Assembly: GCA_043228905.1 (NCBI GenBank)
Contig: JBHGNT010000014.1
Location: 19,592,001 to 19,656,000 of the forward strand
Source: Azolla caroliniana
Lineage: Eukaryota; Plantae; Polypodiophyta
Length of the DNA stretch: 64,000 bases
Direction: 5' to 3'
The notes under the pieces were generated by a model. That model saw only the letters and a list, made by a program, of their open reading frames with translations, did not search any database and was not told where the DNA came from. Of this stretch, positions 1-10,124 are shown in pieces (position 1 is the stretch's first letter; each line of letters begins with the position of its first letter). The position numbers and the translations under genes are program-made.

Positions 1-1076
1 AAAAAAATAAAAGAAATTAAAAGGAACAAAAAGAAACAAAAAAAAATTGAAAAAAAATAAAAAAATTTGAAACAAATTGAAAATGTTTTTTTTTTTAAAT
101 TAGAAAAAATTACTTTAAACATGAACTCGATACATTGTATTGAATTGTGATGAAAAATCTGGTTTTTCTATGAACTCAAGCTTAATTTATTATTATTATT
201 ATTTTTTAAATCCGGTAAAAAAACTTTGAACATGAATTTAATATATTGTATAGAGTTATGATGAAAACTCTATTTTTTACGTCAATTCAATACAACATAT
301 CGTGTTCATGTTTAAAACTCTTGTTGTTTTTCAAATAAAAGAGGTTTTTAAAGATGTATGTTGCACAACAAGATACCTTATGGTAAATATGTGCTTCATT
401 TATTAGAAGAAAACCATTAATAATTGTGTTGATGGTAATTGAACTTTGCAAATGCCATTTACTTCACAAATTTTGAAGGGGAATTCTTATAAGGAAGGAG
501 ATTATAACATTGTAGATACCTTGATAACTACGTGTTATGTTCAAATTGATATATTAATGTTCACATCTAAAGCAATTTATGAATATCGTCTACATTTTAG
601 GAGTTGTGGATTTATCAAAATTGTTTATGAATATTGTCTACATTTCTTGAGTTGTGAATTTATGGATGTTAATGAGCACTAATTTATAGATGATGATGTT
701 AAGGATTGCAATATTACCTTTTATACTTAAAACATTTTCAAGTCTAACAATAGATGTAACCTTAATCTTCTCAAGACGGTGAAACCATTAATCTTAACTT
801 GTGCCTTGAGTTGACCATAATTGTGATTTTCTTTAAGTTAACTACATTTCATATCTGCAAACCATCAACATTTAAACATTATCCCTAAACTATTCAATTT
901 TAGAAATTATCATTTAGAAATTTGTTAAATCTCAAAAAATTAGCAAAATTTACATGCTATTTAAAACATGTGATACTAGTGTATCAAGTTTTTGGAAATT
1001 TTCTAAAATCGCAAGATTATAAAAGGAATCTATAAGTGGAATGCGCAATCCTTCCACTTGTGAATGCAAAGGTGTT
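1..1076. mobile_element. Right arm of foldback-like TIR element (left part outside window)
   Basis: Near-identical direct copy of ~46250-47923 without the solo LTR. Similarity stops exactly at the terminus ...TGAATGCAAAGGTGTT (1076). Confidence 0.85.
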
Positions 1077-1555
1077 CAAACAAGAAGCATGACTCATAAC
1101 CTCGATGAGGTTGAATTGCAATTGGATGAAGACAATGCGTTAGTTGCCATTGATGATGAGGATGAGACCTCATAAACTCTTACTAGTTCATCTAATGGGT
1201 ATGAAGATGATGGCATAAACTTGGAAAACGATTGTCCTGATACGTTAACTCTAAATATTGTGTGTACATCAAGATTTGGATTCATGAATTGCTATAAATA
1301 TTGGTGTTAGTCATTGTGGACATTCATTTTTAAGTTTGGCATGTCCATTATTTAGGGATTTTTTTGAACACCTAAATTTTCGTACATGCTAGTAATCAAT
1401 ATATTTTTGGGTCATTTTTTAAAACCCTTTATGCATACGACACCCCTTTTTGTGAATCACCCTAATTTGTGTCATTTTTTGATGGACAGTTCTCAAAATG
1501 CGACATATTACCTATTTCAAATGTCTCGGTGTTAGTGGCAGAACAAATCAACTGA

Positions 1556-1777
1556 ATGATCCAGGAGAGGGTGAGAGCTGAAGCATTGCAAAAGATAGTA
1601 TATCTAATCAATCTGTCGCCGTCAAAAGTAATCACACTTGAAGTGCCGCAGGCACTATGGTCAGGCAAACATCCGATCTATGACAGGCTCCATATATTTG
1701 GATGTGAAGCCTACACATTCATCTCCAGGGAGAAAAGACCAAGTTGGCACCCCATGCAACAAAATGCACATTACTGA
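1556..1777 (+). pseudogene. Degenerate Copia integrase fragment
   Basis: AEALQKIVYLINLSPS...LHIFGCEAY resembles the Copia integrase C-terminal motif (WAEA..TA.YLINRSP...LRVFGC.AY). Confidence 0.7.
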
Positions 1778-1994
1778 AATCCTACTATAGGGGTGAGTCA
1801 TTTAACAGGACCCCTGAAGATGGGTCAAGTAACACTGATTGGCTGGTACAACTGACTGAAGAGTTTGAACCAACAACATCGACACCGAGGAGATTCAAAC
1901 GAAATTGAAATTGAAAGCCAACAGAGTTTTACTAACCGGGCCTCGACTACGTCAACTACACCGATGCAACCGAACCAAACACATACGAAGAAGC

Positions 1995-2352
1995 TGTCAT
2001 GATATAGCATGGCATGATATGGCTTTAAAAGGATTTGAACCCATGACCTTGTGTCACATGGGTTGAAGCCCTACCATTAAGCTATACATTGTAACACAAA
2101 CAATATTATTTTCATTTATTATTTCACTATAGAAAATTGATGTATATTCCAGATCTCTTTAGAATATTCTCAAAACTTCAGGAGTACTCATGAAAACACT
2201 ATAAAAAGAGGCACAAGGCATTATTTTGAACCAATTCGGTTCAACACCAATCTTAAGCCTCCTAGTTCTTGTATATTTCTCCTTATAATATATATCTTCT
2301 ATTGGTATCTTCTCTCTCTCTCTCTCTCTCTCTCTAGAACTATGCATTGACA
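1995..2352 (+). mobile_element. Solo-LTR-like copy of the 33041-33444 LTR family
   Basis: Starts TGTCATGATA and shares TATAAAA.GAGGCACAAGGCATTATTT.GAACCAA.TCGGTTCAAC with the 33041 LTR. No TSD found and the right end is uncertain. Confidence 0.7.
2031..2084 (-). promoter_or_regulatory. tRNA-like Pol III A/B-box cassette in LTR
   Basis: Minus strand A box TAGCTTAATGG (2084-2074) and B box GGTTCAAATCC (2041-2031) with tRNA-like spacing. Confidence 0.7.
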
Positions 2353-2552
2353 CATGCATATACACCAGAACCCCATTTGTGCATATTTACACACAACCAA
2401 TCTCGTTCTTTGACACTAAATGACCTTTTACCTATTAAGATAGAAAATCATCAAGGGCCTGTTCACATGTTGTCCTACACATGCAACTTTCATGGAAATT
2501 ATGAAGATGAAATCATCAAATATTGTTGTTCTTATTATAGGGGTCCCAATGT

Positions 2553-2766
2553 TAGGAGTCAGCAACAACTGAACTCAAGCCACAACCGGACTGTTAAACA
2601 ATTTTTTAAACAGTTTGGCGGTTCAGCTTGGCTTGGCTTGGGCTTGAGTTTGCTTGATCGGTTTGAGCTTGGTTCTACTGGATTCAAATTTGAAAACTCC
2701 TAAACTAGGTTGGCTTTGTACAAGACAAACCTGGTTAAGCCAAAACCAAATTGTTGCCAATTCCTA
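2553..2766. mobile_element. Possible degenerate MITE
   Basis: Imperfect TIR TAGGAGTCAGCAACAA / TTGTTGCCAATTCCTA with short internal AACC/GGTT motifs. No TSD seen. Confidence 0.35.
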
Positions 2767-3647
2767 GGCCACATATCCCACTCATAATTTCACAAGGTTA
2801 TTTCTAGTTTTTAAAGGCTACTACCCAACATTTTGACATTTTGACCTATAGTTACAGTCATGCCACCAGAAAGGAGCAAGGAGTGCAACATATGAGAAGT
2901 ACTTAACTATAAATAAGCAACAATAGGATCAAGATTAAAAGTTAATAGATGCACTAGGATAGATACTGGTACAATGGAATGGAAGGGGTTAGAGAATTTT
3001 TAGGATTATGGTCAAAACTTAGGACCTAATAAATCTATTGAATACAAAACTCAAGATAAAGTGGGCCCTAAAACGGTCAAAGCATGTGGGACTACAAATC
3101 AAGTTGAAGGAAATATCACAAGTGTCAAGAACCTTCTTCAACTCAAACTCAAGTGGGTGTAGTAAATTTTATTTCCATCAATATTAAATGCAGACATTCC
3201 TTAAGATTCCTTAGTTATCTTATTAGGGATTAAATTCCTTAAGAGAAATAAATTTATCTGTCAACTTGTAGGAGACTAAAAATTTCTAAGACTAGTCCAT
3301 GATGTTTCTTGACAGATTGGATGGTAAGATTGGATGACATCCATGAATATATCTTCTAAGATTGGATGGTTAGGCTATTGTGGTGGTTAGATAGAAGAAA
3401 TACAAAGCATGGAACTAGCGGAGCAGGAGGTGAAGTGGAAACAGCGTGCCAGTGCAAGGCGGAGGTCTATAGACGTGGGGTGTGAGCACTTCAACAGGAG
3501 ATCCGGAGCAGCGGAGCAGGAGGTTTGAACCGCGCCAATGAGCACTTCAATAGTGGAAATGGAGCCGGAGCAGGTTGAACTACGCTAGTGCAGGGAGGAG
3601 GTCTGTAGACGTGGTGCACAAAAGCCTCTCTCTGCCCAGTTTGAGGA

Positions 3648-4439
3648 GTGGGACACCCCCCCCAGTTTGAGAAGTGGGACTACCCCCCCAAACACATGCA
3701 AGATAAAAACAACTCTAATAGTGGGGGTCCTGTTGAGATTATTTTCAATAACAAAGAAATGCTTCTACTTGAGCTAGAGATAGAGTGCCTTGAGCAAATA
3801 ACGGTCATATGTCGCGTGATGGGATCACGACCAAACAGAGGATTGTTGCGAGATATGCTGCAAGCTAAATTTCATTCACAAATAGGTGGTATAAAAGAAG
3901 TCCAACCGCTTGGTAAAGGCTTCTATCAAATCATACTAGAGGACAAGGATTCCGCAACGAACCTCATAGCAACATCTCCTTGTCAAGTCTGAAACACATG
4001 GTTGTTCATGTGTAAATGGACACATGGTTTTAACCCAGAGAAAGCTGCGCAACAGGATGATTCCATGAAAAAGGTAACAATGTTGCTTTCGGGATTATCC
4101 TTAGAATACAACATGTTACTTCCTACTAATGGAAACTCCTTGGGTATGATGTTGGACAAGGAAGTAACGCCTCCCTCTATCTGCCTCTTGGTGCATGCCA
4201 TCAACAAACTTCCTTCCAAGATCCTCATTCCGGGGAAAAACGAAATATGGATTGAACAACACATAGAAGTGATTGGCGCACTGGGACAATGTTTTGCATG
4301 CAAAAAGCTTGGTCATTTTAAAAAGAACCACCCCACGAGACGCATTAAGGATCCTACCATGGAGACCTTGGAAGGTCGGGACACCATAGGAAATCAGAAG
4401 CTTCCCCCACCACGCGCCGATGAGGCTGTGATGGAATGA
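3648..4439 (+). pseudogene. L1-type LINE ORF1 remnant
   Basis: VQPLGKGFYQI...KWTHGFNP resembles plant L1 ORF1 (DUF4283-like), plus a degenerate zinc knuckle CFACKKLGH. In-frame stop at 3990-3992. Confidence 0.7.
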
Positions 4440-4763
4440 CGAGTCGTGGGGAAATCCCATGTCGTATGTAAAACTCCATAGTCACAAAATCCTTCATCGC
4501 CGGTGAGCCCCAATTTTTTTGATCTACTACAAGAGCTCCCCCCCACAGATGAGCACTCCCCTAGTGCTTTCTTAAGCCCCAAGGAAAGACCCAAGGTGAC
4601 TCCAAACACACAAGAGAAAATCCTCGTTAAAGCTTACAAGACAGGGAAGTGGCGAAGGATAAGTCATGTTAAGACCCTAATGCGGAGTTTTAACGGAATT
4701 GCACCCAATGGAGATGTAACGGAATGGGAGGCAAGAGTGATTGAATTGCAGTGGAAGAAGATT

Positions 4764-4765
<2 letters not shown>

Positions 4766-4801
<36 letters not shown>

Positions 4802-4802
4802 C

Positions 4803-4862
<60 letters not shown>
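4766..4862. repeat. (GT)n then (GA)n microsatellite within LTR
   Basis: Read directly. A second (AG)n tract at 9978-10047 flanks the other LINE end. Confidence 0.98.
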
Positions 4863-4866
<4 letters not shown>

Positions 4867-4921
4867 TTATATTATCGTCTTCGGAGGTCAAATATGACCT
4901 ATGAGACCAAAAAATTACATT

Positions 4922-7900
4922 TCACGTGATACGTGTGAAAGTGAGTAGTGACTCTCGATGTTCAAGAACTTTACCAATGAATGTTGCAATGGAGAGTGCA
5001 CATTGTGGTTGTGAGAGGAATTCATGTAAAGATTGGGCTCGATCGAAGAGATGTGGAAAGCATGGTCGAATACGATCAAAGGCAGAGCATTGTATTAAAG
5101 TGTGATACTCAGACTCGCGAACTTGTTTAGGGCAAAGTGTGCATAGCCGACCACTCTCATCACTTGTACGCCAACGCCCTGTTTCACATCGCAATGCATG
5201 TGAGCTAAGTCGCATGGAAGCAATGGTTTGAATGGAAGATAACGGTATGGGCTCTAACATGTATGGATGTGTACGATTTCCCCGTTCCGCAAAGAATATG
5301 GTTTTGTAGTTAGGTGCAACATGTGTAGTATAATGTGTGAAGCGTGAGCCTCCACATTTGTCCCATGTCATGATACATTGGCGTTGCAAAAATGTCTCAT
5401 TTACAGAGGAATCTAATGATGCATCATGAAGCAAGTGTCTCGCATCCCATCTACCAAACCATTTTTCTATATCTTGCATCCAACCGAAACACAAAATTTT
5501 GCTTTTATGCGTCTTTTGGATCTTTTTGCTTGCTTCCCACGCAATTCTAGGAAGTCGATGTGAGGGACTTTTTTGAACCTTAAGCATGTATTCAACAACC
5601 CTTTCCATGACCATGATCTCAATGGGAAGTGATCCCGTCTCAAGGAGGAGGAGGGTGTAGGGCGTTTGTTTCTTAACTTGTAGAAACTTGGTATTAAGAA
5701 AATGCTTTTGGACATTTTCAAACTCTTTCCACATAGATTTAGGGATGCTACTGCCCCATACTTCCACCCCATAGAGAAGAACCGGTGTCACCAAAGTGTC
5801 GAAAAGATATTTCTTGAGGACCCAACACTTAATATCTCCAAGATTGCATGTGTTCTCAAATGCATAGTATGCTCGCTTGCCCGCCTCTAAGCGGCGTGTA
5901 GCACATTCATTCCATCTATGATTTGAAGGAACTTCAAGGCCAAGATATTTGAAGCTTTCCACACATTCAAGTGGCTCATTGTTGTACATAATGCATGGTT
6001 TATCTCTTTTTTGGCTCTTCACAAGCATAATCTTTGTTTTAGAGCTATTGACACTTAATTTAGTATGCATGCAAATTTTTTCCAATGCCTTCATAAGCTT
6101 TTGTGCATCTCCTAAAGTATTTGCAAAAAACACTACATCATCTGCATATAGCAAAAGCATAATCACAACATTCCCAATGGCAACTTCTTCAACACATTCT
6201 TCCTTTGCAAACTTGGTAACCATTTCTTCCAATTCATCAATGCATAGACCAAATAGTGTTGGTGAGAGTGGGCATCCTTGCTTAACACCAATAGTGCTTT
6301 TGAAAAAATTTGAAAGTTTATCTCTCATGCGCACACAACATATAACCTTCTCATAAATTCGGGAAATTGCAAGCATATATTCACTTGGCACCTCAAGTTC
6401 TTCCATTCGCCTCCAAAGATGCTCATGAGGTACCATATCAAAAGCTTTCTTGAAGTCTACAAAGCAACAATATAAACCTTTACCTCTAAGGCGACTTTCC
6501 TCCATTAATACTCGAAGGGTGATAAGGTGATCAATGGTGCTATGGTGTTTCCGAAAGCCAGCTTGTCCATAAGCTCTCTTACCACTTTTTTCAGCCCATA
6601 CACTTATCTTTGATTCCATTATACATCCAAATAGTTTTGCCATTAATGAGCCAACCATGATGGTTCGATAGTTGTTTACATTATTTATATCTCCACCTTT
6701 ATGTAAAGGTTTGATCCAATTTGTAGTCCAATCGTACGGCATACCATGTTGCAATGCATCATTAAACATATCACTTATCCATATACGTGCTTCCTTTCCC
6801 GTCCATTTGAGCATTTCAACCTTTATACATTGAAGATCACTTGCCTTTCGAGAGGCCAATTTCTTAAGTCCTATGCATATATCTTCAATTGTAAAGAAGG
6901 GAGGCATATGTGAAAGAGAACCATAACACATCATCTTTCCGGCAAGAGATAACTCATATAAATTCTTACAATGCATAGACAAGTCGTGAAGAGTTAAGTC
7001 ACCATAACTCTCAACACGTTTTCCCTTTAGATTTCCCCAAAATTTAGCACATGCATGTGCTTTCTCTTGCGTTTGGATAAGTTGTTGAGTAACTTCCCAT
7101 ATTATTCTCTTTCTTTGAATAAGCCTTTTATACTCATGCAAATGCTTTTGGTAATTCTCTTTATCCTTAACTACATCCAAAACCATAAGGCACTTTCGAG
7201 CTTCACGACATTCTTTATCAAACCATTTTTTCCTAAGTTTCTTGGTGCATTTCCAAGATGTGCAATTGGTCGAAAAACATTTGTTTGTACATGAGAGAAT
7301 GACTTTCTTGAAAGCTTCCCATTTGCATTCTAGTGTGGCACCATGTTGTATCTTTGTCATTTGTAACATATCCTCAACCATCTTGGAATACATGGGTGCT
7401 CGCTTAAGGTTCATGCTCAAGTGCGGTTGTTTATTATCTTCAATAGCCTTCTCACAATCAAACCTATTCATACATTTGAGATCAATACATAAAGGCCTAT
7501 GATCGGATTCTAGTGTCCATTCACTAAGTGAGAATTTATGTATACGATCCAAAATACCTTCGGAAAGTAGCACATAGTCAATCACACTATTTCCGTTGTG
7601 TTTTCTACATGTAAAACCATTAGTGTTGGGCCATAAGGAAATACCATTTGCAATAAGCAATCCGGTACTATTGCACATTTGTAGGAGTAACTTCCCAAAT
7701 TGATCCGGATCTTTTTCATCGCTAGAAGAGCGGTTATACATTTGCATATCCTCTTGCATCCTTGAGATATGTGGCATGAAAGATTCTTGTATACGATCCA
7801 AAATACCTTCGGAAAGTAGCACATAGTCAATCACACTATTTCCGTTGTGTTTTCTACATGTAAAACCATTAGTGTTGGGCCATAAGGAAATACCATTTGC

Positions 7901-8797
7901 AATAAGCAATCCGGTACTATTGCACATTTGTAGGAGTAACTTCCCAAATTGGTCCGGATCTTTTTCATCGCTAGAAGAGCGGTTATACATTTGCATATCC
8001 TCTTGCATCCTTGAGATATGTGGCATGAAAGATTCTTGTATACGATCCAAAATAACTTCGGAAAGTAGCACATAGTCAATCACACTATTTCCGTTGTGTT
8101 TTCTACATGTAAAACCATTAGTGTTGGGCCATAAGGAAATACCATTTGCAATAAGCAATCCGGTACTATTGCACATTTGTAGGAGTAACTTCCCAAATTG
8201 GTTCGGATCTTTTTCATCGCTAGAAGAGCGGTTATACATTTGCATATCCTCTTGCATCCTTGAGATATGTGGCATGAAAGATTCTTGTGAATCAAGTTGG
8301 AAACTTCTTGTACGAGCATTCATGTCACCAAAGACAATAACTTTCCCTTTGGATTTGAAATAAGCAATATCATCTTCTAGATTGGCAAACGGTTGATCTT
8401 TATCCAAACAAGCATAAAAGTTAGAATCTTGATGAGGAATGTAACATCCAACTACAAAAGTGGGCAAATCATTAGGTGTTTCTATTTTGAGCCATATGTA
8501 GCATTTATTTTCATCATTTTTTATGATTGACACATATTTCTCTATTTCCTTCTTAATCAAACGTGCCACCCCTCCTTGTCCTCTTCTTTGTATTGGATTT
8601 TTCTTCCATATCAAAGAGTGTACATTATAGTTTCCTAAACCTTGAATCCTTTGAGTATCATGCTCCCATGTTTCAACAAGAAGTGTGATATCCGAGTCAT
8701 CGGTGAACTCCTCTATGCCAAATCCCACATTCCATGGGTATCCATTGCAATTCCAAAAGCATAGTCGTAAAAGGCGTGGGTTAGTCTCATAGATCAC
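4922..8797 (-). CDS. LINE ORF2: AP endonuclease - reverse transcriptase - C-terminal Cys/His domain (RTEX/L2-like, clade tentative)
   Basis: APE motifs WNCNG, LVETW, GDMNAR, IDY; RT motifs FVDFKKAFD, GVKQGCPLSP, YADD, FKYLG; C-terminal ETGRW..LCTLC..ESEYH..QC. The first codon is GTG. Confidence 0.95.
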   Translation of the reverse strand: MIYETNPRLLRLCFWNCNGYPWNVGFGIEEFTDDSDITLLVETWEHDTQRIQGLGNYNVHSLIWKKNPIQRRGQGGVARLIKKEIEKYVSIIKNDENKCYIWLKIETPNDLPTFVVGCYIPHQDSNFYACLDKDQPFANLEDDIAYFKSKGKVIVFGDMNARTRSFQLDSQESFMPHISRMQEDMQMYNRSSSDEKDPNQFGKLLLQMCNSTGLLIANGISLWPNTNGFTCRKHNGNSVIDYVLLSEVILDRIQESFMPHISRMQEDMQMYNRSSSDEKDPDQFGKLLLQMCNSTGLLIANGISLWPNTNGFTCRKHNGNSVIDYVLLSEGILDRIQESFMPHISRMQEDMQMYNRSSSDEKDPDQFGKLLLQMCNSTGLLIANGISLWPNTNGFTCRKHNGNSVIDYVLLSEGILDRIHKFSLSEWTLESDHRPLCIDLKCMNRFDCEKAIEDNKQPHLSMNLKRAPMYSKMVEDMLQMTKIQHGATLECKWEAFKKVILSCTNKCFSTNCTSWKCTKKLRKKWFDKECREARKCLMVLDVVKDKENYQKHLHEYKRLIQRKRIIWEVTQQLIQTQEKAHACAKFWGNLKGKRVESYGDLTLHDLSMHCKNLYELSLAGKMMCYGSLSHMPPFFTIEDICIGLKKLASRKASDLQCIKVEMLKWTGKEARIWISDMFNDALQHGMPYDWTTNWIKPLHKGGDINNVNNYRTIMVGSLMAKLFGCIMESKISVWAEKSGKRAYGQAGFRKHHSTIDHLITLRVLMEESRLRGKGLYCCFVDFKKAFDMVPHEHLWRRMEELEVPSEYMLAISRIYEKVICCVRMRDKLSNFFKSTIGVKQGCPLSPTLFGLCIDELEEMVTKFAKEECVEEVAIGNVVIMLLLYADDVVFFANTLGDAQKLMKALEKICMHTKLSVNSSKTKIMLVKSQKRDKPCIMYNNEPLECVESFKYLGLEVPSNHRWNECATRRLEAGKRAYYAFENTCNLGDIKCWVLKKYLFDTLVTPVLLYGVEVWGSSIPKSMWKEFENVQKHFLNTKFLQVKKQTPYTLLLLETGSLPIEIMVMERVVEYMLKVQKSPSHRLPRIAWEASKKIQKTHKSKILCFGWMQDIEKWFGRWDARHLLHDASLDSSVNETFLQRQCIMTWDKCGGSRFTHYTTHVAPNYKTIFFAERGNRTHPYMLEPIPLSSIQTIASMRLSSHALRCETGRWRTSDESGRLCTLCPKQVRESEYHTLIQCSAFDRIRPCFPHLFDRAQSLHEFLSQPQCALSIATFIGKVLEHRESLLTFTRIT
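7539..8288. repeat. In-frame 249-bp x3 tandem repeat in LINE endonuclease
   Basis: Same sequence starts at 7541, 7790 and 8039. The 83-aa unit QESFMPH...ILDRI occurs three times. Confidence 0.97.
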
Positions 8798-8803
8798 GTG
8801 TCC

Positions 8804-9673
8804 CTATTTGCCTACATTTCCATCTTTAGGCACATCCTTAACCTTGTTTTTCAATCTTTCTTCATATGCTTTACGACGAGCATTTTTTTGTGAGATTGTA
8901 CGATCTTCACTCACAAAGAATTGTGTACCTTTGAGGTATACCCAACTATTTTCGAGTATGATCCGCCGCTTTGTATCATCTGTCATTGTGCATACAATAG
9001 GCCTTTCTCCGGAGCGAGTAACACCATGTTTCCCAACTCGGTGTGCCCCATATACATTCACATCTGACATCCCATAATGCATGCTAAAAAATTCACCAAT
9101 GGCCTTTCCAAGGGATGCGGGTGTTTCAATACTCTCTTCTTTAATCCCACGGACGACAATGTTCTTTGATCGTCGTTCACGTTCTTTCAATTCTCGGACA
9201 TCTATGTTTTCTATATTCTTCTCTTGATGCATCACATGCATATTAGATGAGTTTGATAGCACATCCCCACCATATACATCGGCCCATGACTTCGTTGTAC
9301 ATACATTTTTCATCTCACTTACATCCCGCCTCATCATGTCCAATTTTTCTTCTTTTAATGCTTCCTTTAACTCAATCTTATTAAGGCGCTCATTTGTTTC
9401 AAAAGAAGCTCTTTTACATTCTTGAATCTCTTCTTGAAGTTTTGCAACCACTTGTTTAAGACTTTCATTCTCAATGACAACACTTTGGAGCTTAGTATTC
9501 TCTTTCATTAACGTCCTAATCTCTTCACCTTGCTTGTTTATGGTTTCTTGAAGAGAAATCAAGTGACTCATAAGCATTTTGTCCATTGCATTAGAATCGA
9601 GATTTGTTGGTGATCTCGGCTCATTATCAATTATACCCCCGAACTTTGCGGCGGTTTTACGAGTATTTGCCAT
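8804..9673 (-). CDS. LINE ORF1 (coiled coil plus RRM-like domain)
   Basis: 289 aa with a heptad-rich N-terminal half, then RERRSKNIVVRGIKE...AHRVGK...RPIVC typical of non-LTR ORF1 proteins. Lies directly upstream of ORF2. Confidence 0.88.
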   Translation of the reverse strand: MANTRKTAAKFGGIIDNEPRSPTNLDSNAMDKMLMSHLISLQETINKQGEEIRTLMKENTKLQSVVIENESLKQVVAKLQEEIQECKRASFETNERLNKIELKEALKEEKLDMMRRDVSEMKNVCTTKSWADVYGGDVLSNSSNMHVMHQEKNIENIDVRELKERERRSKNIVVRGIKEESIETPASLGKAIGEFFSMHYGMSDVNVYGAHRVGKHGVTRSGERPIVCTMTDDTKRRIILENSWVYLKGTQFFVSEDRTISQKNARRKAYEERLKNKVKDVPKDGNVGK

Positions 9674-9976
9674 TGTAGGGACAAACCCTACGGGAAAAGA
9701 GAGACAGAGAGGGAAGGAGAGAGAATGTACCTTTCACTCGATTTAGGGCTTCAAAATCTACCTTCCGTTTGAGGAACCGTGGGGCAAAGATGGCTGCGGA
9801 TGAAAATGCTCATAACTTCTCGTTACGGTAATGGAATTCAGTAAATGAAGATTCTTTAGAAAGCTCTCTCAAAGAGCTTTCCAAGGAGCTATAGAACGTA
9901 GAAAACGATGGTCGGAGTGAACTTACAGAGAGATTTGAAAGAGAGAGAGAGAGAGAGGGGAGGAGCGTGTGTGGTC

Positions 9977-10049
<73 letters not shown>

Positions 10050-10124
10050 CTTAAGACAGAGATATAAAAACTGTATATTAACCAAAAAAATACATCAAAC
10101 ATAAAACATCCGACAATAACTAAG

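Larger units (their letters stand above)
4863..9977 (-). mobile_element. Apparently full-length non-LTR retrotransposon (LINE) inserted in (GA)n
   Basis: Two open ORFs, ~300-bp 5' UTR, ~60-bp 3' UTR with hairpin AGGTCA-AATA-TGACCT, no poly(A). Both ends abut (GA)n. Confidence 0.92.

Noticed and set aside
446-682. Possible transposase ORF in the TIR arm
   Set aside because: It is short, starts with TTG, is AT-rich, has no DDE-like motif and is disrupted in the other copy.
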